Shown in pieces: positions 24,560 to 36,498 of a DNA stretch of 64,000 bases (positions are counted from its first letter, which is position 1; each line of letters opens with the position of its first letter). The notes beneath the pieces are model-generated. The model worked only from the letters and a program-made list of their open reading frames with translations. It did not search any database and had not been told where the DNA came from. Origin of the DNA: Octopus sinensis (Eukaryota); contig NC_043006.1 in the NCBI RefSeq assembly GCF_006345805.1, forward strand, positions 70,308,001 to 70,372,000, read 5' to 3'. The position numbers and the translations under genes were made by a program.

Positions 24560-25180
24560 CATGAGGCCATATTCTGAGGAGCAGAAGCCATTACAGTTGC
24601 TGTAGAAAGACAGAGAAAAGAGACAGTGTGCCTGTTGATTAGAGGTTGGAACATGTCTGTGAGTGGTTTTATAACAACCACCTAGGAAGCTCATTTCTAG
24701 ATGTGGTCTAGTATAGCAATGACACCATCTTGGGCAAGAGGGAAATGCTCTATTGTGGGCCTTGAGCACATAAGAATATTGATAACTGTTGGAAGCTGAA
24801 GTATCTTCTGGTCTTGAAGTAAACAGCCAGTCCTTGGGTTACAGTCCTAGATATGCTAAAGATAAGCTTTCACTGAGAGACCCAGTGATAGACCCAACAA
24901 CTGGAGTGAGTTTGAGGGCTCTCCCTGAGTGCGACTCATGATTAAGAGAAATGTAATGTGATGATGTTTGCTTGAAAAGAGTAGCATTTGTGTTTTGTTG
25001 CTGTTGTAAGAGACAAGGTTAGCATAATCCCATTAGACGATGCTATTAAGGTCACTGCTCACGGAGTTGGCTTACATTCTAATACTAGTGGTGGTATTTA
25101 TGTGCATATACCTGTGTATAGATGTGAACAAGGGTACTTCCAAACGTCATGTGGGTGTATGTACGCAGATGAACATGAAC
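24560..25180 (-). mobile_element. Decayed CR1/L2/jockey-group reverse transcriptase fragment
   Basis: Minus translation SDLNSIV*WDYANLVSYNSNKTQ...SLQLLG...RPHLE resembles the post-YADD RT region. Confidence 0.6.
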
Positions 25181-25394
25181 AAAAGGGCAAAATGTAGACT
25201 AAAGTAGGGTCACAGCTTGAAGAGGGAGAAAAAAAACAGCAGCATTTGCAGCATTACTCACCCAAAAGAATTACCAGGGTTCAATTATTAAAATAAGTAG
25301 GTCAATCAGAAGTATTTATAAGCTTTAAAAGGGTCTGTGTTGGCCTTTATGATCAATATCTTTTTTTATGCAAGGACAAAAGGGACAATTTCAG

Positions 25395-25622
25395 CGAGTT
25401 GGCAGAAACGTTAGCACGCCGGGCGAAATGCTTTGCGGTACTTCGTCTGCAGTTACATTCTGAGTTCAAATTCCGCTGAGGTCGACTTTGCCTTTCATCC
25501 TTTCGGGGTCGATAAATTAAGTACCAGTTACGCACTGGGGTTGATGTAATCAACTTAATCCCTTTGTCTGTCCTTGTTTGTCCCCTCTATGTTTAGCCCC
25601 TTGTGGGTAATAAAGAAATAAG
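25395..25622 (+). mobile_element. Family C SINE
   Basis: Full head, core and tail. Confidence 0.85.
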
Positions 25623-25867
25623 TATATTTCCACTTGTCTCAGCTTTCCAATATCTCTTGTATAAAAATACATTTGAAGAACTGATCCTTCCACAAATTTT
25701 TTCCAATACAGCACAACTATCTCCTGCATCATCCATCAGCTGAACAGTTAATACCCAATCACCCTCTTAACTTATCTGTTGTCTGCCTTTCATGTAGGTT
25801 AACATGGTGCCTCCAATGGATTATAACCCAACCCATTTAACTCCAGCCTTTGCAAATCTTTCATTAC

Positions 25868-26405
25868 CATCATCATCATCATCGTTTAACATCCGTTTTC
25901 CATGCTAGCATGGGTTGGACAGTTCGAGCGAGGTCTGGGAAGCCAGGAGGCTGCACCAGGCTCCACTCTGATCTGGCAGTGTTTCTACAGCTGCATGCCC
26001 TTCCTAACGCCAACCACTCCATGAGTGTAGTGGGTGTTTTTTACGTGTCACCGGCACAGGGGCCAGAGGAAGCTGGCAAACGGTCATGATCAGTTGGTGC
26101 TTTTACGTGCTATCAACACAGACGCCAGTCAGGTGGCACTGGCATCTTCTACGTTCGGACACTATTTACGTGTCATCTGCACAGGTATCTTAACTACAAT
26201 TTCCATTTGATTTTTATTTGGATTTTGTGTTGATGTACTTGACTCAACAGGTCTCCTCAAGAACAGCGGGTCACTCTACGATCCAAGGTTAGCACAGCAG
26301 GCCGTCCCGCGAGCCATGAACTCACTTCATTTGTCAGGTCTTCACAGTCACAGCATATCTCTGAGGTCTTGGTCTTTGTTATTTCCTCTGTGAGGCCCTA
26401 TGTGC
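25868..26405 (-). mobile_element. RTE-type LINE 3' end
   Basis: (CAT)n tail then the reverse of the shared RTE 3' blocks; similar copies near 26945-27285, 31860-32000, 32577-32830 (minus) and 50030-50190 (plus). Confidence 0.7.
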
Positions 26406-26551
26406 CACCGGCATGGGTATCACAACTACAATATCCATACAATTTTTTTCTAATAAAATACACAACCTTCATTTAATTTACTTCTGAAAAAAAATGAAGA
26501 ATCTAGTAACAACTTTGCCATTATTAAGGTGGTGTTGGTAACATAGGTTAA

Positions 26552-26773
26552 CTCTTTCGATACCAACCTGGCTGAAACTGCCTCTGGCTCTGTAGTACAA
26601 ACGCTTTATTTTTATAAGTTTTGAATGAAAATCTTCCACCAAACCTTAGTCACAATTTATGTTCCTAACACTAGCTGAATAATAACTAAGTTATTTTACT
26701 AAATTCTTTGTTATACTTAAAATTAATTGAAAGAAACACAGAGCATCTCAACAGGAATATGATAACAAAAGGG
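26552..26773. mobile_element. piggyBac-type MITE, plus a truncated second copy at 26798-26937
   Basis: TTAA at 26548-26551 and 26774-26777; termini CTCTTT / AAAGGG; second copy starts TTAA-CCCTTT. Confidence 0.8.
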
Positions 26774-27964
26774 TTAAAGTCACCATGCTATTTTTAACCC
26801 TTTTGATACCAACCTGCCTGAAACTGCCTCTGGCTCTGTAGTACAAACGTCTTGTTTTCAAAAGTTCTGAATTAAAATCTTCCACCAAATCTTAGTCACA
26901 ATTTATGTTCCTAAGACTAGCTTAATGATAACTAAGTATTGGTCTCATCATCATCGTCATTTAACATCTGCTTTCCATGCTGGCATGAGTTGAATGGTTT
27001 GACTGAGGACTTATCATCACCTCTGTGAGGCCCAACATTTCACGATCGTGCTACCAGCTACCAGATTCATCGTCATAATCATCATCATCGTTTTCCATGC
27101 TGGCATGGTTGGACGGTTTGACTGAGGTCTGGAAACCAAGGAGGCTGCACCAGGCTCCAACCTGATCTGGCAATGTTTCTACAGCTGGATGTCCTTCCTA
27201 ACGCCAACCACTCCTAGAGTATAGCGGGTGCTTTTTATGTGCCACCGGCATGGGGGCCAGTCAGGCAGCAATGGCATCAACCGCAATTATATATATAGCT
27301 TTACACACAATTCTGAATGATATATATACTAGAGTGTTATCCATCAAATGAAAGGTATTTTTGGAAGTATACTTTACCACTATGGGTAATATCAAGAAAT
27401 ATAGCATAAATACAATAACTGAGATTTAATTTTTTATCAAATTTCTTAGGCAATTATGCAAAATAATTAAATGAATACTAATTTTTTCAAAAGAAAAATA
27501 TTTGTTACCTTAAAATAAAATGAAATAAAACATTTGTATATTTAAAATAAATATATATTTTTCCTATATTTCATCGACATAATCACAATCTATCCTAGCA
27601 AAAACTTATCTCTGTAAAATTTGAACACCTCCCATAAATACTCTGTCCTTAATTTCCTCTCCTCCTCTTCAGTCTCTATGATTCTTTCTCTCTTACTGTA
27701 TGGGTATGTGTAGGGTATCCTTTTACTCATTGCTTTCCACCAAGCTTAGTATGTGCACTCATCCTCCACCTCTTAAATTAATTATCATTTACTCTATATA
27801 CAGTAAGGTAAGACTGAAGAAATAAACCAACCAGCCAACATATTGGCTATTATTATATAGAAAAATAGATTTATATATACATATAGAATATTGCAGCTTT
27901 TCATTTGCTTTAGGGGTCCTTTAATGGGAGCTGAAGAAAGGATAAAATTAGAAGTGTTGGAGAA

Positions 27965-28400
27965 GAGCACCTTCCAAGCATTGGGCCTCATGGAGGCAAA
28001 GTCGCTGAACTCCTTTCACGTGTTAGGCCTCACGGAGGCAAAGTGGCTGAGCTCCTTTCAAGCATTGGACCTCATGGAGGCAAAGTGGATGAGTTCCTTT
28101 CAAGCATTGGGCCTCAGGGAGGCAAACTGGCTGAGCTCGCTTGAGAAAACCCATCAAGCCAAGCAAAATCGCAGTCATGGCAGATACCAGTGTCATACAA
28201 ATGGCACCCATGCCAGCGGCACATAAAAGCACTCATTACACTTTTGGAGCGGTTGGTATTAGGAAGGGCATCCAGTTGTAGAAACCATGCCAAATCAGAC
28301 TGTAGTCTGGTACAACCTTCCAGCTTGCCAGCCCTGATCAAACTATCCAACCATGCCAGCATGGACAATGGACATTAAATAATGATCATGATGATGATGT
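27965..28400 (+). mobile_element. RTE-type 3' end with four 42-bp tandem units (27970-28140)
   Basis: FQALGL.EAK.L.S repeat in ORF 27891; (ATG)n tail. Confidence 0.7.
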
Positions 28401-28915
28401 TTACCCAGTAAAGTGATCACAGACAGACAAGTGGGTAACAATGAATAATTAAATATTAATCAAAAGATAATCACCAGAATTCAGACAGACACAATTTGAT
28501 AAAAACAGTAGAAATAAGAAAGAAAAAAATGTAGAAATTTCTGGTTGTGAAGAGAAGTTAAAGGCATGTTTCTAACCTGATGTGTTAAACATATCAGGCT
28601 GGAAACATAAATCTCATTCTGTGGCTCTTTCTTGATTGCAATGGTCAAATTTGAGTTTATTTTGGTTCTGACGTGAGATATTCTTTTATTTTTTTATTCT
28701 TTTATTTGTTTCAGTCATTTGACTGTGGCCATGCAGAAGCACCATCTTTAGTCGAACAAATTGACCCCAGGAATTATTCTTTGTGAGCCTAGCACTTTTT
28801 CTATCAGTCTCTTTTGCCAAACCACTAAGTTACAGGGACATAAACACACCAGCATTAGTTGGCAAGTGATGGTGGGGGAACAAACACAGACACTACAATG
28901 TATGTGTGAATTGCC

Positions 28916-29285
28916 ATGCTTCACGGCAGTGAAACATGGGCCATGACTGCTGAAGACATGCATAGGCTCGAAAGAAATGAAGTTAGTATGATCTGCTGGA
29001 TGTATAATGTCAATGTCAACACACGACAGAGTGTAAGCACCCTGAGAGAAATGCTGGACATAAGAAGCATCAGGTGTGGTGTGCAAGAGAGATGACTGTG
29101 CTGGAATGGTCATGTGCTACGTATGGATGAGGAGAGCTGTGGGAAGAAGGGCATCCGACTGTAAAAATCCTTCCAAAACAGTCACAGAAGTCTGGTGCAG
29201 GCTTCAGCCTGGCCGGCTCTTGTGGTACCGTTCCACCCATGCTAGCATGGAACACGAATATTAAATGATGATGATGATGATGATG
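28916..29285 (+). mobile_element. RTE-clade RT C-terminal fragment with 3' tail
   Basis: MLHGSETWAMTAEDMHRLERNEVSMICW...LREML...VQER*LCWNGHVLRMDE; (GAT)n tail. Confidence 0.8.
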
Positions 29286-29547
29286 AGACACTAAAGTATG
29301 ATTGAGGGACAGGCAGAGAGGCCTTGCTATAGAGAAGATATATAGCTATCTCACAATATATAAGGGTGGTAGGAGTAGCTAGAAAGATAACAATGGTAAC
29401 AATGTATTTATGCAAAACGCAAGACCAAGATTCTCAATTGTGTGTGCAGTTAGAGACAATGTCAACACAAATCTCCCTCATAAAAGGTATAATCAACTTA
29501 CAAATCACAAGTTAACTCATAACCTAATCAATACACCAAACAGGATA

Positions 29548-29765
29548 AGGCAGCGAGCTGGCAGAAACGTTAGCACGCTGGGCAAAATGCTTAGTGGTAT
29601 TTCATCTGTCTTTACATTCTGAGTTCAAATTCCACCGAGGTCGACTTTGCTTTTCATCTTTTCAGGGTTGATAAATTAAGCACCAATGAAACACTGGGGT
29701 TGATGTGATCAACTAGTCCCCTCCACCAAAATTTCAGGCCTTGTGCCTTTAGTTGAAAGGATTAT
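29548..29765 (+). mobile_element. Family C SINE
   Basis: Family core present. Confidence 0.8.
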
Positions 29766-29879
29766 TTTTATTTGCAAGAAAATTGTTTAAACATTCTTGC
29801 AGGACACAAACGCATCCTTAAAATATAATTACACACACACACACACACACACATGAACAAAAGTCAAAGAAGATGCACA

Positions 29880-29911
29880 ACACAACACCGTTAAAAAAAA
29901 AGGACTTTAAT
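29880..29911 (-). terminator. Candidate polyadenylation signal of the torsin gene
   Basis: ATTAAA on minus at 29906-29911, followed by U-rich and GTGTTGTG sequence; inferred only. Confidence 0.35.
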
Positions 29912-30047
29912 ACAAATAACAGCATTGTCCAATGGTGAAATAAATTTCTTCTATTTTTTCGATAAAGTGAAGAGTTTTACAGAGCAGTAAAACATTCTTA
30001 AATATCTTCAGTGGTAAAAACTGCGAATAGAGCAATAGCCATCAATG

Positions 30048-30983
30048 TCATAGTTCTTCATTAACGAGAGCAAAAGCCACTTTTTCAAAAACACGTTTAC
30101 AGCCAGTCTCTGAAAAACTGTTTACAAAATGTAATTCTATTAATATTTTGTCAATAAATTCTTCAGTGTAGATCTTGCCCATATTACGTCGTTGCAGTTC
30201 ATCATGGATGCATAGTTTTACGTGTTTACGCTGTAAAGGCAGAAAGGGGATATAGGCAGTCACTACATGACTTTTAATCAGATCACTACCATAAAAACCT
30301 CCCTTTTCAGTGAGTGAAGTGTGTGCAATGCTGGATTCTAAGTCTCGTAGTTTGATATCGTGTCGATCAATACCTTTCAGATATTGCGATATAGTAAATG
30401 TTCTGATATTCTCCGAAGCAAGATTAGATAAAAATATAAATACAGCTTTACGAAAGTCGATGCCGTCCACTTTATGATGGAAATCTAAGTAAACTTGGAG
30501 GATGTCAATAACATTTGGTGGCATTAAATGAAACTCATCAAAAATAAAAACTGCTCTTGGACATAAATAAACAGCATTTTTAATTTCAGTCTTTAACTTT
30601 TCAATATAAATATGAGACATGGATACATGAGGGAAATGAACTGCAGCATGATAGACATGCACAAAACTACTTTTCATCCCTATACGGAATATATTTTTAA
30701 CTACAATTTCACTTGCATAATTTTTACCTGTTCCAGTCTCTCCGTGAAACGACAGTACTAAAGCTTTCATGGGTGTCTGCTCTGAAAAGTGGGAAATGAC
30801 ATGATTAGCAACTGTTTCCCAAGCTAAATGTTGACCATGAAGCATAGTTCTCAGGTCAAGTTTTAACTGTTCTGGATTCAAAGTAATGCTCCTAGTACAG
30901 CAGTCTATTACATAACACAATGGGTTGAGGCATAAACCTTGTTGCAACAAGAAGTTGAAAATTAAGAAAGAAACAAACCACAT
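30048..30983 (-). CDS. TOR1A: Torsin-family AAA+ ATPase (torsin-1A-like), 311 aa, single coding exon
   Basis: Hydrophobic N-terminal signal; LHGQHLA; Walker A GETGTGKN (Asn-type); Walker B FIFDE; sensor-1 FLSN; YIPFLPL; GCK sensor-2. Uninterrupted ORF. 1A versus 1B cannot be distinguished. Confidence 0.93.
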   Translation of the reverse strand: MWFVSFLIFNFLLQQGLCLNPLCYVIDCCTRSITLNPEQLKLDLRTMLHGQHLAWETVANHVISHFSEQTPMKALVLSFHGETGTGKNYASEIVVKNIFRIGMKSSFVHVYHAAVHFPHVSMSHIYIEKLKTEIKNAVYLCPRAVFIFDEFHLMPPNVIDILQVYLDFHHKVDGIDFRKAVFIFLSNLASENIRTFTISQYLKGIDRHDIKLRDLESSIAHTSLTEKGGFYGSDLIKSHVVTAYIPFLPLQRKHVKLCIHDELQRRNMGKIYTEEFIDKILIELHFVNSFSETGCKRVFEKVAFALVNEEL

Positions 30984-32989
30984 TGCTGGTTATCTGGTCA
31001 GAGAGTTTATGATGAAGGGGGAACGTGAAAATCTCCCAAACTTAACATCAAAACAATTAGGACTACTTTCTCAAGACATCCAAAGTAGTATGGTTTTCAA
31101 GTGATCACAGCAACTGCTTGGCAAGTTCAAAGGGGATAAACACCAATTGCTCTGAAGTGGAAATAAACAACGTGCAAATAATAGTCAGAAATTGGAAGTA
31201 CAACAAAATTAGAAACTTCATTCTTATAAAAATGAAATCTGTTTGACAAAGCCTTACTCCCTTCTCCCACCTGGCATGATTTCACTATGGAACACCAGAG
31301 AATCTGTACTACAAAACGATTCTACAAACTAAGTTTTGAAGTTTCACAACAAACAGAAGAGGTAGACTGTGGGTGACTAGTGAAAAAGTATTTAAGTTTG
31401 TTTTAAGACCTGTTCTTCAAGGTGGAGCATGGCAATATTTTGGCAGAATGTGGGACTTCAGAATGGGGTCTAAGTAACAAATTTACAAATCTTACAATAA
31501 ACTTTTAATTAAAACTTCTCATCCACTTTTCTATGTGAGTAGCCATGTTCTTCTTCAACAGCAAGGATCCTGTTCTGTTCTGTCTTTTCTTTCATATTTT
31601 AACCTCTCGTCTCCAAGCACAAAATCATATCCCTCTCAACTGTAGCCCCACTCAGTCAAAGGGGAGTTTAGTCTTGCAAGCTACATGATAACTGCACTAA
31701 TGCTGGTACCATAATAAAAGTACCCAGTATGTTGTAAAATAGTTGGCATCAGAAAGGACATCCAGTTATAGAAACCATGTGGAGTGTGATACACTCCTTC
31801 AATCCACTGGATCCTGTTAAAACATTTAATGCATGCCAAAATAGATAAAAAGTAAGATAAAAGATCATTATCATCATCGGGTTGGATTGTTCAACAGCAG
31901 CTGGCAATAAAGAGGACAATGGCAAGCACCACTGTCTGGCATGATTTCTATGGCCTGATGCTCTTCCTAATGCCAACCACTTTACAGAGTGTACTGAGAG
32001 CTTTTAACAAGATACTGGTACTAGTGAGGTCATCTAGTAACATGCAAGACAAGACTCTTCAACAGAGTGTGATGTAGTACTGGAGGCGGCTCTGTGCAAG
32101 CAGAGGTTAAAGCATGATGGAGAGCAAGGAACGGGTGTCCAGCCGTAGAGAAGATACATAGTTACCCAAGCTCGAAATTAGAGAAGAAGGTGGTGAAGAG
32201 GTGTCAGGGTGTTATCTCCAGTCTCAGGAAGGTGACCATGAGAAAAGTAATACAAGAGATTGGACAAGATAAACAAGTAGGTAAGTTTGCAAATGTGCAA
32301 AAGGAGATGGATAGAGGTGAATGCAGTGGATGATATAGAAATATAATTTTAGAGAAACTTGCTTTTAGTTTCATTAGAAATAAAAATAGAAGATGATGAT
32401 ATATACTTTGTTCATGGTGGATGCACTTTGTGTTTTTCAAAAATTAGTGTGGCATGAGATAAAAATCGTTGAGAAGTACTAATATGTACATTTATGCTAT
32501 TTTTGGTTTATATGCAAAACACAATGATTATTACGATTGTGCAAAAAAACTTACTCAAATTATCAAAATTAGAAATAAGATCATCATCATCATTTAATGT
32601 CCGTGGTCCATGCTAGCATGGGTGGGACAGTACGATAAGAGCCAGCCAGGCCAAAGCCTGCACGAGACCTCTGTGACTGCTTTGGTGGGATTTTTTACAG
32701 CTGGATGCCCTTCCTAACACCAACTACTCAGCAGAGTGGACTTAGCGTTTTTTTATGTGGCACAAGCACAGGCGAGGGAGTAGTGTTTTTTATGTGGCAC
32801 AAGCATAGGTGAGTTCAGTTTTGGCAAGCTCTTTACAGCTGAACAAAAACTTTTAAGAGGGGAGGAAGCACTGGAGGAGGTGATGAAGAAAAAGTTATAG
32901 TGAGAGAGATACAGATATTTTTTTGATTTGATGAGGTTTCATTCTATGATCCAGAAAGCGAATCTACTGAATGTATATGTGTGTGTGTG

Positions 32990-33200
32990 TGTATTTCTGT
33001 GTGTTTGTGTTTCTCCCCCGACATCTCTTGACAACCGATGCTGGTGTCTTTACATCCCCCATAACTTAACGGTTCAGCAAAAGAAAACTGATAGAATAAG
33101 TACTACTAGGCTTACAAAGAATAAGTCCCAGGGTCAATTTGCTCAACTAAAAGCAGTGCTCCAACATGGCCACAGTCAAATGACTAAAACAAGTAAAAGA
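32990..33200 (+). mobile_element. Family B SINE 3' half
   Basis: Family B tail blocks. Confidence 0.75.
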
Positions 33201-34405
33201 ATGTGTGTGTGTGTGTGTGTATGATTTCATATTTCCTTTATCACTGACAGGTTGCTTGCAGCCCACAATGAAAATATGCTCAGGTTTATTAACACATCTC
33301 GGTAATTGTTCAGTTTAGTAATATTTAAAAAAAGTAAATAAAAATTAAGGGGGAGATAACTAGTAAAGGGCCATACATCAGTCAACTTACTGTTAAACAA
33401 CAAATACTGTAGTAAGGTAACATGACGAATTACAATTTTTGCATAGGTATAAATTCATAATTAGTCGATGCCGTGCCAACCACTAAAGAATTTTGTCTCA
33501 TGATTCGGCTAATTGGGTGATAATTTCCAAGACTGATTCACGGTTGTGGATTTCAATTTCAGAAACAATGAACTACAGGTCCCGCTGGTCTACCATGTGC
33601 CATTCTGATCAATTCTAAAGTAAATAATAACTAGTATTTATGTTGACTTATGTATGTCCCTTTACTAGTTATCTCCCACTCAATTTTTATTTACTTTTTT
33701 TAATATCACTAAACTGAACAATTACCCACATCTCATCAAGTTGCATGATCTTTGTAAACAATAGGCACAGTTCAGTATCATTTGTTTCTAGTTCTCCACA
33801 CAATCAAATCATTTGACAGATGTGGAGATTATCATCTCACTTGGAATCAGCTAGAGGTTGGTGCCAAGAAGGGCATCCAGCTGTACAAAGAACTCCATCA
33901 CACTCTAGTTGGATCCATGAGGTGACTGAGAGGAATTATAACAAACAGGTTATCTGAATTAACTCTCTTGCATCTCTGAGATTAATTCATAATTCAGTGG
34001 TGTGGCTGAAATGAACCAACACGTTTGATAAAGTGTCTTACAATTGAATATCTATGACAGTCTTACCCAGTCTATCAAGTTATTTTAATCTATTATTTAA
34101 AAAATTATAAAATTATTTTACGGAAAAATGTTTAGCTATCATTTCGTTACATCAAATTTGTATCAGTTTCGTTTTATTTCTAAGAAAATCCTTTCACTTT
34201 TTAATGCCATGTTCCCTCTGATGGATATAAAACGAAACATCGCTGCAAATTTCTATACAGATTACGAAATATTTACCATGCTTTCCACGAATGCGACATC
34301 GAAATCACCCGTAAACGGCTCCTTTTCCCCGGAAAAGAAAGACTTGGCTGCTATTTCTAGCACGCCCTGCTACCACGTAACAACTATTTGCGATAAAAGA
34401 CTCAC

Positions 34406-34500
34406 CGATATTTCGCTATGAAAACATCAAGAGGGGGAAGATCGCCGATGTGATTTCTTTTCCAAGGTGCGAACGGGTCCTTTACGAAATATGGAGCTTC
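34406..34500 (-). promoter_or_regulatory. Candidate non-coding first exon and promoter of the torsin gene
   Basis: Donor TATCG|GTGAGT at 34406/34405; acceptor CTCTCTGACCAG| at 30994/30993, 10 nt before the ATG; locally CpG-richer unique sequence at about 34230-34500. Confidence 0.45.
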
Positions 34501-35120
34501 TTCAGATTGTATATATTTTCCATTTTCATAACTTTCTGTGGTATTGAACTATTTGATTTAATTGGAGAGGTGCATCAAACATTTAGTTTAACCCATTTCA
34601 GTGTAACAGTAACACTAAACACAAGGTGTTCGTATTCTGTACATTTGTGTAACTATATGCCTATTAGGCGTATATATCCATTTGTGTACCGCTGAACTAG
34701 TTAAGTATTAAAGGAAAAATAAATATACACTCGAGGAAAAAAAAATATCTGATCGTAGCTAATATTTTGTAATTTGATAATAAGTTACTCTAGTTAAACC
34801 TTTATCGGGCACTAGGCCTTTTAAAGGAATTAGAAACTACCATCATAGCTATAACTAATATATTATTAATAGTTAAAGAAAAGGTAGGCTCGACTTACAT
34901 GCTCAGTAAGCAGATTTGTTGTACTTCTGGATATTTTCCTCGTATATTTATATCGATTAACAACAACAACATGCATATTCGGAGTATTATTACTTAATGT
35001 TATAGAAAGTGATAGCTCAAAGGGAGTTAATAAAACAAAACACCGGTAACAGCTTCAGCTGTAGCTTGTCATATTGTTATTAACCAGAAGTTCAGGACAT
35101 TAGATTTGGGTAAACGGCGA

Positions 35121-35643
35121 GAAATTTTTTTTCCCACGAAAGTTCCGGACCCCAGTAATGAGCTCATTTGCATACATTTAATCTGAGCTCACCTTGATCT
35201 TATCAAGTTAACAAACACACTCTACCAAGTAAATTTAAAACGAAGGACGGTGTTCTAAGTCGACCGATCGCCAAGTTATGCATAATTTTAGAAGGAGACA
35301 AGTAATTAGATAGATTTACATCTATACCTATTATCGGATTTTGGTATGATAAAGTTGGGGAAAGTGTGGGTAGAAGGTGATGTGCTAGCAACCCTCTCCC
35401 CTTACTGTTTTAGAAAGTAAACAACAACACAAATAACTACGCAGAGACAGCCATGGTTGAAACAAGAACAAGATCAGGAAGCATTGTCAAAAGAGAAAAG
35501 AAGCATGGTCATTCCTTACCCAAATGACCTTAGCTTATCACTTGTTGTGCGCTCATAAATTAGTTTGATACTTGAGCTCTGATTGGCTGCATGCAAATGA
35601 GTTTGTAACTGGGGTCCGGAACTCTCGTAGGAAAAAAAATTTC
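35121..35643. mobile_element. Putative MITE with about 71-bp imperfect TIRs
   Basis: 35121-35191 is the inverse of 35573-35643; shared AGTTCCGGACCCCAGT and CTCATTTGCAT. Confidence 0.7.
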
Positions 35644-36107
35644 GCGAACGGAACATTGTCGATTATACTAACTGAAGTACTCGACTGAGATTTTTATCTT
35701 TTGACCGACAGATTTATTTTTTCTAACTGAACACTTTCAAACTTCGTATACTGGTAGACTGTGTCACATAAAACATTTTTTTTGCTCTTGGCATTGTTGA
35801 GAAAATTCTGTATTTTGGAAGTTATTTCTTGTTAAAGTTGTATTTCAGTAATTTCAACCAATCAATGACGTGTATTCAGCTGAATAAAATTACTGCTGTT
35901 GTTTGTCAACAACAACTTCCTCCACAACTTTCTCTCACTCTTTCTTCTTGTTTCTGTTGTACCTGTATTTGAAAGGGCCAGCCTTGTCACACACTACTCA
36001 GCCACTTACACGTTAATTACTCGAGCAGGCTGTTCTGTTGAGCGAATCAACTGGAATCCTCGATGTCGTAACCAACGAAGCGCCACAATATATATATATA
36101 TATTTCT

Positions 36108-36330
36108 TTACTGCCCACAAGGGGCTAAACATAGAGGGGACAAACAAGGACAGACAAAGGGATTAAGTTGATTACATCAACCCCAGTGCATAACTGGTAC
36201 TTAATTTATCGACCCCGAAAGGATGAAAGGCAAAGTTGACCTCGGCGCAACTTGAACTCAGAACGTAACGACAGACAAAATACTGCTAAGCATTTCGCCC
36301 AGCGTGCTAACAATTCTGCCAGCTCGCCGC
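36108..36330 (-). mobile_element. Family C SINE
   Basis: Reverse of head, core and tail. Confidence 0.85.
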
Positions 36331-36435
36331 CTGTTATATATATATATCGTCAGTAAAACATAAATCTGAAAAAGAAGCAGATTTTAAGTTGTAGAGCAAC
36401 AGAGTATATAGATAAAGATAGATGTGACCTGTCTA

Positions 36436-36498
36436 TGGGATTATCTTGGGTTTCATGTCCATAAAGCACTTAGCTTTACAGCATATCATCAGATCCCA
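36436..36498 (-). ncRNA. Type I hammerhead-like motif (weak stem III)
   Basis: UGGGAU-CUGAUGA-U-[long stem II]-GAAAC-CCAAG-AUA-AUCCCA. Confidence 0.55.

Noticed and set aside
25799-25868. Acceptor-like site followed by VNMVPPMDYNPTHLTPAFANLSL
   Set aside because: No donor before the RTE tail and no recognisable homology.
33251-33301. 51-nt plus-strand exon-like segment (AG...GT, two open frames)
   Set aside because: Isolated; such matches are expected by chance in 64 kb.
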